Source: Halomonas sp. (lineage in GTDB: Bacteria; Pseudomonadota; Gammaproteobacteria; Pseudomonadales; Halomonadaceae). Taken from it: a stretch of 64,000 nt of DNA. Both the position numbers and the translations under genes were made by a program. The notes under the pieces were generated by a model that saw nothing but the letters and a program-made list of their open reading frames with translations, searched no databases and was not told the origin of the DNA. This document shows, piece by piece, positions 32,173 to 44,669 of the stretch; the first letter of the stretch is position 1; each line of letters opens with the position of its first letter. The stretch lies in assembly GCF_033549285.1 (NCBI RefSeq), contig NZ_JAWSUJ010000011.1:1757-65756 (forward strand). The letters run 5' to 3'.

Positions 32173-32532
32173 ATGCAAGTTGCCATTCTCATGACCCATG
32201 TGGCGATCGCCATCGCCCTGGTCGTCCTGATCCTGCTGCAGCAGGGCAAGGGCGCCGAAGCCGGTGCCGCCTTCGGTGGCGGTGCCTCCCAGACCGTGTT
32301 CGGTTCGCGGGGCAGCGGCAGCTTCCTGGCGAAGTTCACCGGCCTGCTGGCCGTGGCCTTCTTCGCCACTTCCCTGACCCTGGCCTGGTTCGCCTCCCAG
32401 GCGGGCGAGGCGCCCGAGGCCGGCATTCCCGATGCCGAGCTGATCGAGCAGCAGAACAGCGTGCCGACCCTTGACGATGCCGGTCGGGATGTGGATAATG
32501 CGGCGCCAGCGCTGGAGGAAAGCGGCGACTGA
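32173..32532 (+). CDS. secG: preprotein translocase subunit SecG
   Basis: ORF 32173..32532 has two TM segments and the motif LLQQGKGAEAGAAFGGGASQTVFGSRG. Confidence 0.93.
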   Translation: MQVAILMTHVAIAIALVVLILLQQGKGAEAGAAFGGGASQTVFGSRGSGSFLAKFTGLLAVAFFATSLTLAWFASQAGEAPEAGIPDAELIEQQNSVPTLDDAGRDVDNAAPALEESGD

Positions 32533-32560
32533 CGTCGTCATGTCATCCAGCCTCCCCGAT

Positions 32561-32647
32561 GCCGAAGTGGTGGAATTGGTAGACACGCTATCTTGAGGGG
32601 GTAGTGACCTTACGGTCGTGCGGGTTCAAGTCCCGCCTTCGGCACCA
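32561..32647 (+). tRNA. leuU: tRNA-Leu (anticodon GAG)
   Basis: GCCGAAGTGGTGGAATTGGTAGACACGCTATCTTGAGGGGGTAG...GGTTCAAGTCCCGCCTTCGGCACCA has acceptor GCCGAAG/CTTCGGC, anticodon loop TTGAGGG and a long variable arm. It shows the secG-leuU arrangement seen in E. coli. Confidence 0.93.
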
Positions 32648-32713
32648 TATGCGAAGCGCTCGACGCAGCAGTCGGAGCTTCGAAGCAGGATTGGCAGTAT
32701 GCGGTGTTGCCGC

Positions 32714-32742
32714 TTGACGAAGTCGTCATGTGGGCTTACAAT
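32714..32742 (+). promoter_or_regulatory. sigma-70 promoter for tRNA-fMet (and probably rimP-nusA-infB)
   Basis: TTGACG (32714-32719), a 17-nt spacer, then TACAAT (32737-32742). It ends 16 nt before the tRNA 5' end. Confidence 0.65.
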
Positions 32743-32758
32743 CACCGGCCTAGATTGA

Positions 32759-32835
<77 letters not shown>

Positions 32836-32905
32836 TCTTCCTGGCAGGCATGCAGAGGTTAGAGGGGCATGCCAGAGAGCCGAAGTGGTATACAGGTTTC
32901 TTGTG

Positions 32906-32936
32906 AAAGCCCCTTCCTGTGAAGGGGCTTTTTGTT
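32906..32936 (+). terminator. intrinsic terminator after tRNA-fMet
   Basis: AGCCCCTT-cctgtg-AAGGGGCT is followed by TTTTTGTT. Confidence 0.75.
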
Positions 32937-33052
32937 AGCAGCTTGCCGGCCGGAGACGGCGGCGCTGCTCCGGGCAACGCCAATCAGCCACCTGACTCTT
33001 CTCTCTACTCCCGGCCAGGTGCCTGATGCAACGGCTGTAGGAGCTTTCTTCC

Positions 33053-33511
33053 GTGGCAATCAAGGATGCTGCGCTGCATGCGCTGATCGAACCGGTGGTC
33101 TCCGCCATGGGGTTCGAGCTATGGGGCATCGATCATCTGTCCCAGGGCAAACATTCCCGCCTGGTGATCTACATCGATCACGAGGACGGGGTGAGCGTGG
33201 ACGATTGCGCCGACGTCAGCCGCCAGGTCAGTGCGGTGCTCGACGTCGAGGATCCGGTGCCCGGTGAGTATCGGCTGGAAGTCTCCTCGCCGGGCATGGA
33301 CCGGCCGCTGTTCACCCTCGAGCAGTTCGAGCGCTACGCCGGCCATGTGGTGGCCGTGAAGCTGCGCCTGCCCTTCGACGGGCGGCGCAAGTTCCAGGGG
33401 CTGCTGGCCGGGGTCGAGAGCGACGAGGTACTGCTGCAGATCGACGGCGAGGAATATTGCTTTCCCATCGAGGGCATCGATCAGGCGCGGGTCGTCCCGC
33501 AGTTCACGTGA
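33053..33511 (+). CDS. rimP: ribosome maturation factor RimP
   Basis: ORF 33053..33511 has a GTG start and contains ...[32 protein letters not shown]...[14 protein letters not shown]. Confidence 0.93.
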   Translation: MAIKDAALHALIEPVVSAMGFELWGIDHLSQGKHSRLVIYIDHEDGVSVDDCADVSRQVSAVLDVEDPVPGEYRLEVSSPGMDRPLFTLEQFERYAGHVVAVKLRLPFDGRRKFQGLLAGVESDEVLLQIDGEEYCFPIEGIDQARVVPQFT

Positions 33512-33554
33512 TGGGCTCGGTGCATAAGGACAGGTTCACTGGCGAGGCTAAGGC

Positions 33555-35048
33555 ATGAGTAAAGAAATTCTGGCGGTCGTCGACGCGATCTCCAACGAGA
33601 AGGGGGTCAACCGCGAGGTGATCTTCGAGGCCGTCGAGGCGGCCCTGGCCAGTGCATCGCGCAAGCGCTTCGAGGACGTGGAAGCCAGCGTGCGCGTGCA
33701 CATCGACCGCGAGACCGGCGACTACGAGACGTTCCGTCGCTGGGAGGTGGTCGAGGACGATGACTTCGACGGGCCCGATGCCCAGATCAAGCTCTCCTTC
33801 GCCGAGCGCCGTGACCCGCCCCTGGGGCTGGGCGACGTGGTCGAGGAGCGCATCGAGAACGCCTCCTTCGGCCGGATCGCCGCCCAGACCGCCAAGCAGG
33901 TCATCGTGCAGAAGGTGCGCGAGGCCGAGCGGGCCGAGGTAGTACGCCAGTATGCCGAGCGTGAGGGCGAACTGGTCGCCGGCATCGTCAAGAAGACGAC
34001 ACGCGACGGCCTGATCATCGACCTGGGCGAGAATGCCGAGGCCTTCCTGCCGCGCAGCGAGATGATCCCCGGCGAGCGCTACCGCATGAACGAGCGGGTC
34101 CGCGCGCTGCTGGTCAAGGTCGACCCCGAGGCGCGCGGCGCCCAGCTGATCCTGTCGCGCACCTGCCCGGAGCTGATCATCGAGCTGTTCAGCATCGAGG
34201 TTCCGGAGATCGCCGAGCAGCTCATCGAGATCAAGGGCGCGGCACGCGACCCGGGCTCCCGGGCCAAGATCGCGGTCAAGACCAATGACCGGCGCATCGA
34301 CCCCGTGGGGGCCTGCGTGGGCATGCGCGGTTCGCGGGTGCAGGCGGTCTCCTCGGAGCTGCAGAACGAGCGCGTGGACATCGTGCTGTGGGACGACAAT
34401 CCGGCCCAGTTGGTGATCAACGCCATGGCGCCCGCGGATGTCGCCTCGATCCTCGTCGACGAGGAGGCCCATGCGATGGACGTGGCCGTCGCCGAGGATA
34501 ACCTGGCCCAGGCCATCGGCCGCAGTGGCCAGAACGTGCGTCTGGCCTCCGAGCTCACCGGTTGGCGTCTCAACGTCATGACCGAGGAGGAGGCCGAGGA
34601 CAAGCGCGATCAGGAGATCGACAGCCTGGTCGAGCATTTCATCCAGCACCTGGACATCGACGAGGACGTGGCGCGCCTGCTGGTGGAGGAGGGCTTCACC
34701 TCCCTGGAGGAGGTCGCCTACGTGCCGGTCGAGGAGATGCTGGAGATCGAGGAGTTCGACGAGGAGCTCATCGAGGAGCTGCGCGCTCGCGCCAAGGATG
34801 AACTGCTGAACCTGGCCATCGCCTCCGAGGAGGAACTCGATGGCGCCCAGCCGGCCGACGACCTGCTGGAGATGGACGGTATGGAGCGCCACCTGGCCTT
34901 CATCCTGGCCAGCCGGGGCATTGTCACCATGGAGGACCTGGCCGAGCAGTCCGTCGATGACCTGCTGGACATCGAGGGAATCGACGAGGAGCGCGCCGCG
35001 GCACTGATCATGACTGCCCGTGCGCCATGGTTCGAGAACGAACAGTAA
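33555..35048 (+). CDS. nusA: transcription termination/antitermination factor NusA
   Basis: ORF 33555..35048 begins [34 protein letters not shown] and has S1, KH and C-terminal acidic repeats. Confidence 0.97.
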   Translation: MSKEILAVVDAISNEKGVNREVIFEAVEAALASASRKRFEDVEASVRVHIDRETGDYETFRRWEVVEDDDFDGPDAQIKLSFAERRDPPLGLGDVVEERIENASFGRIAAQTAKQVIVQKVREAERAEVVRQYAEREGELVAGIVKKTTRDGLIIDLGENAEAFLPRSEMIPGERYRMNERVRALLVKVDPEARGAQLILSRTCPELIIELFSIEVPEIAEQLIEIKGAARDPGSRAKIAVKTNDRRIDPVGACVGMRGSRVQAVSSELQNERVDIVLWDDNPAQLVINAMAPADVASILVDEEAHAMDVAVAEDNLAQAIGRSGQNVRLASELTGWRLNVMTEEEAEDKRDQEIDSLVEHFIQHLDIDEDVARLLVEEGFTSLEEVAYVPVEEMLEIEEFDEELIEELRARAKDELLNLAIASEEELDGAQPADDLLEMDGMERHLAFILASRGIVTMEDLAEQSVDDLLDIEGIDEERAAALIMTARAPWFENEQ

Positions 35049-35075
35049 ACGGGTCACGGGCTGAGGAGGGTCGTA

Positions 35076-37607
35076 ATGTCAGAAATGACCGTTAAGGATT
35101 TTGCAGCGAAGGTGGGGCGCGATGTGCCCCGCCTGCTGGAACAGATGAAGGAAGCCGGGCTCGGTCAGAAGTCCGAGAGCGATGCCGTGTCCGAGGAGGA
35201 CAAGCGTCAGCTGCTCGACTATCTCACCAAGAGCCACGGCGGCAGCGGCGCGGGGGCGAAGAACCGCATCACCCTGACGCGCAAGACGCGCAGCCGCATC
35301 AAGACCGGCGAGCGGGGCAAGAGCATCGAGGTGCAGGTGCGCAAGAAGCGCACCTACGTCAAGCGCGAGGAAGAGAAGCCCGCCGAGGAGCCGCAGGCCC
35401 AGGATCACGGGCCGCGCCAGCTGGTGGGCGACATGGCCGATTCCCAGCAGGCCCAGGCCGCCAAGGATGCCCGCGAGGCCGAGGAAGCCAAGGCGCGTGC
35501 CGCCGAGGAGTCCGCCCGCGAGGCCGCGGCCAAGCTCGAGGCCGAGAAGGCCGCCGCCGAGCCCGAGATTCCGGTGCCGGAGCTCGACACCGCCCAGCCC
35601 GCGGAGGAGCCCCCGGCGCCGCCCAAGGAGGGACGTCCCGAGCCGCGCCGCGCCGCCGTCAAGAAGGCGACCACCAAGGCCGGTGCCGGCAAGAAGGGCC
35701 GTGGCGAGCGTGACGACGACGATCGCGGTGACCGCGAGGAGCGTCGCCGTGGCGGCAAGAAGGCCAAGCGCGCCGAGCGCCGTGGCGGCCGCCGCGGTGG
35801 TGCCAGCCAGGGCGGTGGCGGCAAGCACGGCTTCCAGAAGCCGACCCAGCCGATCGTTCGCGAGGTCTCCATCCCCGAGTCGATCAGCGTCGCCGACCTG
35901 GCCGACAAGATGTCGATCAAGGCGAACGAGGTCATCAAGGCCATGTTCACCATGGGTGCGGCGGTGACCATCAACCAGACCATTGACCAGGACACCGCGG
36001 CCATCGTGGTCGAGGAGATGGGCCACAAGCCCAAGCTGGTCAAGGACGATGCGCTGGAGACCGAGGTCCTCGAGGGCATCTCCTACGAGGGCGAGGAGAT
36101 CACCCGTTCGCCGGTGGTCACGGTCATGGGTCACGTCGACCACGGCAAGACCTCGCTGCTCGACTATATCCGCAAGGCCAAGGTGGCCACCGGTGAAGCC
36201 GGCGGCATCACGCAGCATATCGGTGCCTATCACGTGGAGGACGCCCACGGTGGTGTGACCTTCCTGGATACCCCGGGCCACGCGGCGTTCACCGCCATGC
36301 GTGCCCGCGGTGCCAAGGCCACCGACGTGGTCGTGCTGGTGGTGGCCGCCGATGACGGCGTCATGCCCCAGACCATCGAGGCGATCGAGCACTCGCGGGC
36401 CGCCGAGGTACCGATGGTGGTCGCGGTCAACAAGATCGACAAGCCGGGCATCGACCTGGACCGGATCAAGAACGAGCTCTCGCAGCACGGCGTGATCTCC
36501 GAGGAGTGGGGCGGCGACACCCAGTTCGTGTATGTCTCCGCCCACACCGGCGAGGGCATCGACGACCTGCTGGAGTCCATCCTGCTGGTCTCAGAGGTGC
36601 TCGAGCTCAAGGCCGTCCCCGAGGCGCCCGGCAAGGGCGTCGTCGTCGAGTCGCGTCTCGACAAGGGCCGCGGCCCGGTGGCCACCGTCCTGGTCCAGAA
36701 CGGTACCCTGAAGAAGGGCGACATCGTGCTCGCCGGCCTGCACTACGGCCGAGTGCGTGCCCTGACCAATGAGCTGGGCAAGCAGGTCGACGAGGTTGGC
36801 CCGTCCATGCCGGTGGAGATCCAGGGCCTGGACGGCACCCCCGAGGCGGGTGACGACTTCATGGTGCTGGCCGACGAGAAGAAGGCCCGCGAGGTCGCCA
36901 ACTTCCGTCAGGGCAAGTACCGCGAGGTGCGCCTGGCGCGCCAGCAGAAGGCCAAGCTGGAGAACATGTTCAGCCAGATGGGCCAGGATGTGGCCGCCAA
37001 GCTCAACATCGTGCTCAAGGCCGACGTCCAGGGTTCCCTGGAGGCGATCAAGGGCGCTCTGGAAGAGCTCTCCACCGACGAGGTGGAAGTGGCCGTGGTT
37101 TCTTCCGGCGTGGGCGGCATCACCGGTACCGATGCCAACCTGGCGCTGGCCAGTGACGCTATCGTGGTCGGCTTCAACGTGCGTGCCGACGCCGCGGCCC
37201 GCGAGATCATCGAGCGGGAAGGCCTGGACCTGCGCTACTACAGCGTCATCTACCAGCTGATCGACGAGGTCAAGCAGGCGATGAGCGGCATGCTGGCCCC
37301 GGAGTGGAAGGAAGAGATCGTCGGCGTGGCCGAGGTTCGCGACGTCTTCCGCGCACCCAAGATCGGCGCCGTGGCCGGCTGCATGGTGGTCGAGGGCAGC
37401 GTCTTCCGTAACAAGAAGATCCGCGTGCTGCGCGACAACGTGGTGATCTACGAGGGCGAGCTCGAGTCCCTGCGCCGCTTCAAGGACGACGTCCAGGAAG
37501 TGCGCAATGGCATGGAGTGCGGCATCGGCGTGAAGAACTACAACGATGTCCAGGTCGGCGACAAGATCGAGGTCTTCGATCAGGTCAAGGTCGAGCGGAC
37601 CCTCTAA
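35076..37607 (+). CDS. infB: translation initiation factor IF-2
   Basis: ORF 35076..37607 has a charged low-complexity N-terminal region and a GTPase domain ([25 protein letters not shown]). Confidence 0.97.
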   Translation: MSEMTVKDFAAKVGRDVPRLLEQMKEAGLGQKSESDAVSEEDKRQLLDYLTKSHGGSGAGAKNRITLTRKTRSRIKTGERGKSIEVQVRKKRTYVKREEEKPAEEPQAQDHGPRQLVGDMADSQQAQAAKDAREAEEAKARAAEESAREAAAKLEAEKAAAEPEIPVPELDTAQPAEEPPAPPKEGRPEPRRAAVKKATTKAGAGKKGRGERDDDDRGDREERRRGGKKAKRAERRGGRRGGASQGGGGKHGFQKPTQPIVREVSIPESISVADLADKMSIKANEVIKAMFTMGAAVTINQTIDQDTAAIVVEEMGHKPKLVKDDALETEVLEGISYEGEEITRSPVVTVMGHVDHGKTSLLDYIRKAKVATGEAGGITQHIGAYHVEDAHGGVTFLDTPGHAAFTAMRARGAKATDVVVLVVAADDGVMPQTIEAIEHSRAAEVPMVVAVNKIDKPGIDLDRIKNELSQHGVISEEWGGDTQFVYVSAHTGEGIDDLLESILLVSEVLELKAVPEAPGKGVVVESRLDKGRGPVATVLVQNGTLKKGDIVLAGLHYGRVRALTNELGKQVDEVGPSMPVEIQGLDGTPEAGDDFMVLADEKKAREVANFRQGKYREVRLARQQKAKLENMFSQMGQDVAAKLNIVLKADVQGSLEAIKGALEELSTDEVEVAVVSSGVGGITGTDANLALASDAIVVGFNVRADAAAREIIEREGLDLRYYSVIYQLIDEVKQAMSGMLAPEWKEEIVGVAEVRDVFRAPKIGAVAGCMVVEGSVFRNKKIRVLRDNVVIYEGELESLRRFKDDVQEVRNGMECGIGVKNYNDVQVGDKIEVFDQVKVERTL

Positions 37608-37625
37608 GGGCTCGAGGAGTCGTAC

Positions 37626-38087
37626 ATGCGCGAGTTCAAGCGTACCGACCGGGTGGCCGACCAGCTCCAGAAGGAGCTGGCGGTGCTCATCCAGCGCGAG
37701 GTCAAGGACCCGCGCCTGGGCATGGTCACCGTCAGCGGCGTCGAGGTCAGTCGTGACCTCGGCTATGCCGACGTCCACGTGACCCTGCTGGGCGAGCAGA
37801 CCCCGGAGCGCATCAAGGAGAACCTGGCGGTGCTCAAGCGGGCCGCCGGTTTCCTGCGCAGCCAGATCGCCCGTCGCATCAAGCTGCGCCATGTGCCGGA
37901 ACTGCGCTTCCACTACGACGAGAGCGTGGTGCGCGGCCAGCGGCTGTCGTCACTGATCGACGAGGCCGTCGCCAGCGACCAGGCCCAGCACGACGAGGCG
38001 GCGGATGACGACCGCGGCCCGGTCGATGGTTCGACCGACGATCGTTCGGCAGGCAATGGTTCGGCAGACAGGGACGAGCGCGACTGA
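37626..38087 (+). CDS. rbfA: ribosome-binding factor A
   Basis: ORF 37626..38087 begins MREFKRTDRVADQLQKELAVLIQREVKDPRLGMVTVSGVEVSRDL and has an acidic C-terminal tail. Confidence 0.93.
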   Translation: MREFKRTDRVADQLQKELAVLIQREVKDPRLGMVTVSGVEVSRDLGYADVHVTLLGEQTPERIKENLAVLKRAAGFLRSQIARRIKLRHVPELRFHYDESVVRGQRLSSLIDEAVASDQAQHDEAADDDRGPVDGSTDDRSAGNGSADRDERD

Positions 38088-39004
38088 TGGCAAGGCGGCG
38101 TCGCGGGTTGCCGGTGAACGGCGTGCTGCTGCTGGACAAGCCCGCGGGCCTGTCCAGCAACCATGCGCTGCAGCGGGCGCGGCGCCTGTTCCAGGCCCAG
38201 AAGGCCGGCCACACGGGAACGCTGGACCCCATGGCCACCGGCCTGCTGCCGGTGTGCTTCGGCGAGGCGACCAAGTTCTCCGCCCACCTGCTGGAGGCCG
38301 ACAAGGTCTACCGCACCCGGGTGGAGCTCGGCGCGATCACCGACACCGGTGATGCCGAAGGCGAGGTGGTCGAGCGCCGCGCGGTGCCCCGGCTGACCGA
38401 GGCCGACCTCGAGGGGGTGCTCGAGCGCTTCCGCGGCGAGATCGAGCAGGTGCCGCCGATGTACTCGGCGCTCAAGCATCAGGGGCGCAAGCTCTACGAG
38501 CTGGCCCGCGAGGGCAAGTCGATCGAGCGTGCAGCCAGGCGCGTGAGGGTGTATGATGCGCGCCTTCTTTCCCTTGCCGACACGGCCTTCGAGCTCGAAG
38601 TGCGCGTCAGCAAGGGTACCTATATCCGTACCCTGGCCGAGGACATCGGCCAGGCCCTGGGCTGCGGAGCGCACATCAGCGCGCTGCGCCGCCTGGGGAC
38701 GGGCCCCTTCACGAGCGAGGGCATGCTGACCCTCGACGCGCTGGAGGCCCTGCCCGGCCAGGCCGAGCGCGCGGCGGTGCTGCTGCCCGTCGACGTGCTG
38801 GTCGACCACCTGCCGCGGCTCGAGGTCGATGCCGCGGCGGCCAGCCGGCTGACCCATGGCCAGGCGGCCCGGGTCGAGACCGACGAGCTGGCCGGGGACG
38901 AGACGGCAAGACTCTACTGCGACGGGGCCTTCCTGGGCCTCGGTGTGGTGGCGGGGCCACAGGAGGTGGCGCCGAAACGGCTGCTGAGCAGCGCAGCCGA
39001 ATGA
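38087..39004 (+). CDS. truB: tRNA pseudouridine(55) synthase TruB
   Basis: ORF 38087..39004 contains ...[53 protein letters not shown]. Its start overlaps the rbfA stop (TGATG). Confidence 0.95.
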   Translation: MARRRRGLPVNGVLLLDKPAGLSSNHALQRARRLFQAQKAGHTGTLDPMATGLLPVCFGEATKFSAHLLEADKVYRTRVELGAITDTGDAEGEVVERRAVPRLTEADLEGVLERFRGEIEQVPPMYSALKHQGRKLYELAREGKSIERAARRVRVYDARLLSLADTAFELEVRVSKGTYIRTLAEDIGQALGCGAHISALRRLGTGPFTSEGMLTLDALEALPGQAERAAVLLPVDVLVDHLPRLEVDAAAASRLTHGQAARVETDELAGDETARLYCDGAFLGLGVVAGPQEVAPKRLLSSAAE

Positions 39005-39083
39005 AGGGAGAGACGCCCGAGACTGCAAATATGCGTGGTCTCACACACTCATCATTCAGGCATATTGCTTACTGGAGAGACAG

Positions 39084-39353
39084 ATGGCACTGACAGCCGA
39101 GCAGAAGTCCGCAATCGTCAACGAGTACGGTCGTGGCGAGAACGACACCGGTTCCCCCGAAGTGCAGGTGGCCCTGCTGAGCGCCAACATCGATGGCCTG
39201 CAGGACCACTTCAAGACCAACAAGCAGGATCACCACTCCCGTCGTGGCCTGATTCGCATGGTCAACCAGCGCCGCAAGCTGCTGGACTACCTGAAGCGCA
39301 AGGATTTCGAGCGCTATCAGTCGCTGATCCAGCGTCTGGGCCTGCGCCGCTAA
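39084..39353 (+). CDS. rpsO: 30S ribosomal protein S15
   Basis: ORF 39084..39353 begins [36 protein letters not shown]...[21 protein letters not shown]. Confidence 0.97.
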   Translation: MALTAEQKSAIVNEYGRGENDTGSPEVQVALLSANIDGLQDHFKTNKQDHHSRRGLIRMVNQRRKLLDYLKRKDFERYQSLIQRLGLRR

Positions 39354-39376
39354 GCGACGCATCCCATGCGGTAACG

Positions 39377-39408
39377 AAACGGGCAGCCTACGGGCTGCCC
39401 GTTTTGTG
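39377..39408 (+). terminator. rpsO intrinsic terminator
   Basis: AAACGGGCAGCC-tac-GGGCTGCCCGTTTT is followed by GTGT. Confidence 0.8.
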
Positions 39409-39448
39409 TCTATGGATGGTCAAGCCACGGCTCGGGGCTGACCCGGAG

Positions 39449-39547
39449 GACAGGCCTGCCAGGGGGCGCTGTGAACCCCTCCCTGGGCGCTACCGACGCC
39501 TTCCCTGGCGTAGGACCCCATCTTCGGCCTGTCCCCGGCGCCCCTCG
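39449..39547. repeat. structured intergenic repeat, copy B (in the rpsO-pnp spacer / pnp leader)
   Basis: It aligns without gaps to 20249-20347. Its internal hairpin is ACGCC-ttccct-GGCGT (39496-39511). Confidence 0.85.
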
Positions 39548-39659
39548 TAGCCTGCCTCCATTGGAAATGTCGCTAACCGGTGGCCGCCGCGGGCGTCAAC
39601 CCCTAAAATGGTCGCCGAGTCAAAACGACCCAAACACAGAAAAGTTGAAGGAAGTCGCC

Positions 39660-41795
39660 GTGAACCCGGTCAAGAAAACGTTTCAGTACGGTCGCAGCAC
39701 CGTCACCCTGGAAACCGGGCGCATCGCCCGCCAGGCTACCGGTGCCGTGATGGTCACCATGGACGACACCGTGGTGCTGTGCACCGTGGTGGCCAAGAAG
39801 GAGGCCAATCCTGCCCAGCCCTTCTTCCCGCTGGGGGTGTTCTATCAGGAGAAGACCTACGCGGTCGGCAAGATCCCCGGCGGCTTCTTCAAGCGCGAGG
39901 GGCGTCCCACCGAGAAGGAGACCCTCACCTCGCGGCTGATCGACCGCCCGATTCGTCCGCTCTTCCCCAAGGGCTTCATGAACGAGGTGCAGGTGGTCTG
40001 CTCGGTGCTCTCCACCGACCGCAATCATGACCCGGACATCGCCGCGATGCTCGGGACCTCCGCCGCCCTGGCCATCTCCGGCGTGCCCTTCAATGGCCCG
40101 ATTGCCGGTGCACGCGTGGGCTTTACCGAGGACAACGGCTACTTCCTCAACCCCACCGTCGAGGAGCTGACCGGCTCCGAGCTCAACATGGTGGTCGCCG
40201 GGACCGAGAAGGCGGTGCTGATGGTCGAGTCCGAGGCCAACGAGCTGCTCGAGGACGAGATGCTCGGCGCGGTGCTCTACGCCCACCAGGAGATGCAGGT
40301 GGCCATCCAGGCCATCAACGAGCTGACCGCCGAGGCCGGCAAGCCCAAGTGGGACTGGCAGCCGCCTGCCGAGAACACCGCCCTCAAGGGCGCCATGGCC
40401 GATGCCTTCGAGCAGCAGGTCGGCGAGGCCTATCGCATCACCGACAAGATGGCCCGCCAGGATGCCCTGGCCGCCCTCAAGGATCAGGCGGTGGAGCAGT
40501 TCGCCGGCGAGGAAGAGGGCAAGTACGACGCCGACGAGGTCAAGGGCGCCTTCGCCGGTCTGGAGAAGCGCGTGGTGCGTTCGCGCGTGGTCAAGGGCGA
40601 GCCGCGCATCGACGGCCGCGACCACAAGACCGTGCGTCCGCTCTCCATCGAGGTCGGCACCCTGCCCAAGACCCATGGTTCGGCGATCTTTACCCGCGGC
40701 GAGACCCAGGCCATCGTGGTGGCGACGCTGGGCACCCTGCGGGATTCCCAGCTGATCGAGTCGCTGGAAGGTGAGCGCAAGGACCGCTTCCTGCTGCACT
40801 ACAACTTTCCCCCATACTGCGTGGGCGAGGCCGGCTTCATGGGCGGGCCCAAGCGCCGCGAGATCGGCCACGGCCGCCTGGCGCGTCGCGGCGTGCAGGC
40901 GATGCTGCCCGACGAGGCGGAGTTCCCCTACACCATTCGCGTGGTCTCCGAGATCACCGAGTCCAACGGCTCGAGCTCCATGGCCACGGTGTGCGGCTCG
41001 TCGCTGGCCCTGATGGATGCCGGTGTGCCGATGAAGGCACCGGTGGCCGGTATCGCCATGGGCCTGGTCAAGGACGAGGACGGCTTCGCCGTGCTGACCG
41101 ACATCCTGGGTGACGAGGATCACCTCGGCGACATGGACTTCAAGGTGGCCGGCAGCGCCGAGGGCGTTACTGCCCTGCAGATGGACATCAAGATCGAGGG
41201 CATCAACGAGGAGATCATGGAGGTGGCCCTGCAGCAGGCCTATGACGCCCGCCAGCAGATCCTCGAGCAGATGAACACGGTGATCGCCCAGAGCCGTGCC
41301 GAGGTCTCCGAGAATGCTCCCTCCATGGCCACCATCAAGATCGACCCGGAGAAGATCCGCGACGTCATCGGCAAGGGTGGTGCCACCATCCGCAAGATCT
41401 GCGAGGATACCGGCGCTTCCATCGACCTCGACGACGATGGCACCGTGCGCATCTATGCCGAGGACAAGTCGGCGGCCAAGGCGGCCATCGACACCGTGCT
41501 GGCGATCACCGCCGAGCCCGAGATCGGCAGGCTCTACCGCGGCAAGGTGGTGCGCATCGCCGACTTCGGCGCCTTCGTCAACATCATGCCCGGCACCGAC
41601 GGCCTGGTGCACATCTCCCAGATCGTGCCGGAGCGGGTCAACGACGTGCGCGACTTCCTCAACGAGGGCGATGAGCCCATCGTCAAGGTGCTCGATATCG
41701 ACAACCGCAACCGGGTGAAGCTCACCATCAAGGAGATCACCCCGGAAGAGAAGGCGGCGTTCGAGGCCGAGGAGGCCGCCGAGCCCGCGCTGTAA
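39660..41795 (+). CDS. pnp: polyribonucleotide nucleotidyltransferase (PNPase)
   Basis: Part of ORF 39471..41795. An in-frame GTG at 39660 after GAAGGAAG gives (M)[36 protein letters not shown], matching known PNPase N-termini. A TTG at 39645 is the alternative start. It has KH and S1 domains at the C-terminus. Confidence 0.95.
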   Translation: MNPVKKTFQYGRSTVTLETGRIARQATGAVMVTMDDTVVLCTVVAKKEANPAQPFFPLGVFYQEKTYAVGKIPGGFFKREGRPTEKETLTSRLIDRPIRPLFPKGFMNEVQVVCSVLSTDRNHDPDIAAMLGTSAALAISGVPFNGPIAGARVGFTEDNGYFLNPTVEELTGSELNMVVAGTEKAVLMVESEANELLEDEMLGAVLYAHQEMQVAIQAINELTAEAGKPKWDWQPPAENTALKGAMADAFEQQVGEAYRITDKMARQDALAALKDQAVEQFAGEEEGKYDADEVKGAFAGLEKRVVRSRVVKGEPRIDGRDHKTVRPLSIEVGTLPKTHGSAIFTRGETQAIVVATLGTLRDSQLIESLEGERKDRFLLHYNFPPYCVGEAGFMGGPKRREIGHGRLARRGVQAMLPDEAEFPYTIRVVSEITESNGSSSMATVCGSSLALMDAGVPMKAPVAGIAMGLVKDEDGFAVLTDILGDEDHLGDMDFKVAGSAEGVTALQMDIKIEGINEEIMEVALQQAYDARQQILEQMNTVIAQSRAEVSENAPSMATIKIDPEKIRDVIGKGGATIRKICEDTGASIDLDDDGTVRIYAEDKSAAKAAIDTVLAITAEPEIGRLYRGKVVRIADFGAFVNIMPGTDGLVHISQIVPERVNDVRDFLNEGDEPIVKVLDIDNRNRVKLTIKEITPEEKAAFEAEEAAEPAL

Positions 41796-41842
41796 GCGAC
41801 CGCCTTCGGCGTGCCGCAAGCGCCAAGGAACAGGGCGCAAGG

Positions 41843-41885
41843 AAAACCGCCGCCAGGGCCATGCCCTGGCGGCGGTTTCTTGTGT
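41843..41885 (+). terminator. pnp intrinsic terminator
   Basis: CCGCCGCCAGGGC-cat-GCCCTGGCGGCGG is followed by TTTCTTGTGT. Confidence 0.8.
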
Positions 41886-41902
41886 AGGCAAGCCGAAAAG
41901 AA

Positions 41903-41930
41903 CATGCCCCGGGACGAAGCCCGGGGCATG
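41903..41930 (-). terminator. intrinsic terminator of the thiolase gene
   Basis: CATGCCCCGGG-6 nt-CCCGGGGCATG. On the minus strand it is followed by UUCUUUUCGG. Confidence 0.7.
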
Positions 41931-41933
41931 CTG

Positions 41934-41982
41934 TTTCAGCTTTCAGCTTTCAGCTTTCAGCTTTCAGCTTTCAGCTTTCAGC
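41934..41982. repeat. heptanucleotide microsatellite (TTTCAGC)x7
   Basis: There are seven exact tandem copies between the thiolase stop (41990) and its terminator. On the thiolase strand it reads (GCTGAAA)n. Confidence 0.95.
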
Positions 41983-41989
41983 TTGCGCG

Positions 41990-43165
<1,176 letters not shown>

Positions 43166-43378
43166 GGGAGATACTCCTGAAGAATGACTAGCGGGCTTGC
43201 GGCCGTGTCTGGAGGACAACCTGAGCTCGAACACGTCTCAGACAGAGCCGGGTCTTCCAGCATAGGGGACGTTTGTGCGTCGCGGCAATGCTTCCATGGC
43301 CGAATGCGCGAGGAGGCGGCGAGGGAAGAGTCGCACGGGAGGTGCGGCACCCCGCAGGGTGCCGTGGCAGGCGGACGG

Positions 43379-43759
43379 TCAGGCCAGCTGGACGGGGATG
43401 GCGTTGCTGGTGTGGCTGACGACATTGCCCTCCTGGAGGTAGACCAGGGCCGGATGGTGGTTTTCCAGTTCGGCGTCGCTGTAGTGGGCATAGCTGCAGA
43501 TGATCACGCGTTGCCCTTCGCTGGCCAGGTGGGCCGCGGCGCCATTCACCGAGATGATCCTCGAGCCCTCTTCCGCGCGGATGGCGTAGGTGGTGAAGCG
43601 CTGGCCATTCTCCACGTTGTAGATCTGGATCTGCTCGTTCTCGCGGATACCGGACATGTCGAGCAACTCGCCGTCGATGGCGCAGGAGCCCTCGTAGTTG
43701 AGCACGGCGTGGGTGACGCGGGCCATGTGCAGCTTGGCCTTGAGCATGATGGTCTGCAT
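43379..43759 (-). CDS. panD: aspartate 1-decarboxylase
   Basis: ORF 43379..43759 begins [34 protein letters not shown], with the GS self-cleavage site. Confidence 0.95.
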   Translation of the reverse strand: MQTIMLKAKLHMARVTHAVLNYEGSCAIDGELLDMSGIRENEQIQIYNVENGQRFTTYAIRAEEGSRIISVNGAAAHLASEGQRVIICSYAHYSDAELENHHPALVYLQEGNVVSHTSNAIPVQLA

Positions 43760-43795
43760 GGAGCGTAGGTTCCTCTGTTTGACCGCGCCACGCCC

Positions 43796-44644
43796 TCAGC
43801 GTGGCAGGGTCAGGCTCAGGTTATCGATCAGTCGGGTCGGGCCCAGGCGCGCCGCGGCGAGCAGGACGGCGTCGCGGGTGGTCGCCGTCACCGGCCCCAG
43901 GTCGGCGTCGCGAAGCTCGAGGTAGTCCGGCGTGAAGCCGGCCTCCCTCAGCCGGGCGAGGCCGTCCTCCAGGGCCGGCGCGACCTCGCCGCCGGCCTCC
44001 AGGGCGTCGCGCAGCGCGCACAGGGTGCGGTAGAGCGCCGGGGCAGTGGCACGCTGCCCGGCGTCCAGGTAGCCGTTGCGCGAGGAGAGGGCCAGGCCGT
44101 CCTCGGCGCGCACGATGGGTACGCCGACGACCTCCACGGGGAGGTGCAGATCGGCCACCAGGCGGCGGATCACCGCCAGCTGCTGGTAGTCCTTCTCGCC
44201 GAAGCAGGCCACATCGGGCTGCACCAGGTTGAAGAGCATGGTGACGACGGTGGCGACGCCATCGAAGTGCCCGGGCCGGTCGCCACCGCAGAGCCCCTCG
44301 CTCACCTCGGGGACGCAGACCCGAGTCTGGGCCGCGAGGCCGCGCGGGTAGAGGGTCGTCGTCTCGGGGGCGAACAGCAGGTCGCAGCCGGCCTCCTCGA
44401 GCTTCGCCTGGTCCTCGGCGAGGGTCCGCGGGTAGGCCTCCAGGTCCTCGTCGGCCCCGAACTGCAGCGGATTGACGAAGATGGTCGCCACCACCACGTC
44501 GCCCCGGCGACGCGCCTCCGCCACCAGGGCCAGGTGGCCGTCGTGCAGGTTGCCCATGGTCGGCACCAGGGCGATGCGCTGGCCGCGGCGACGGAATTCG
44601 TCCAGGGCCTCGCGCAGGGGCGGAATCTCTCGCAGGGTACGCAT
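43796..44644 (-). CDS. panC: pantoate--beta-alanine ligase
   Basis: Part of ORF 43796..44755, trimmed to the ATG at 44644 ([41 protein letters not shown]). Confidence 0.93.
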   Translation of the reverse strand: MRTLREIPPLREALDEFRRRGQRIALVPTMGNLHDGHLALVAEARRRGDVVVATIFVNPLQFGADEDLEAYPRTLAEDQAKLEEAGCDLLFAPETTTLYPRGLAAQTRVCVPEVSEGLCGGDRPGHFDGVATVVTMLFNLVQPDVACFGEKDYQQLAVIRRLVADLHLPVEVVGVPIVRAEDGLALSSRNGYLDAGQRATAPALYRTLCALRDALEAGGEVAPALEDGLARLREAGFTPDYLELRDADLGPVTATTRDAVLLAAARLGPTRLIDNLSLTLPR

Positions 44645-44669
44645 CGCGGCGAGCTCCTCGAAACGCGGC

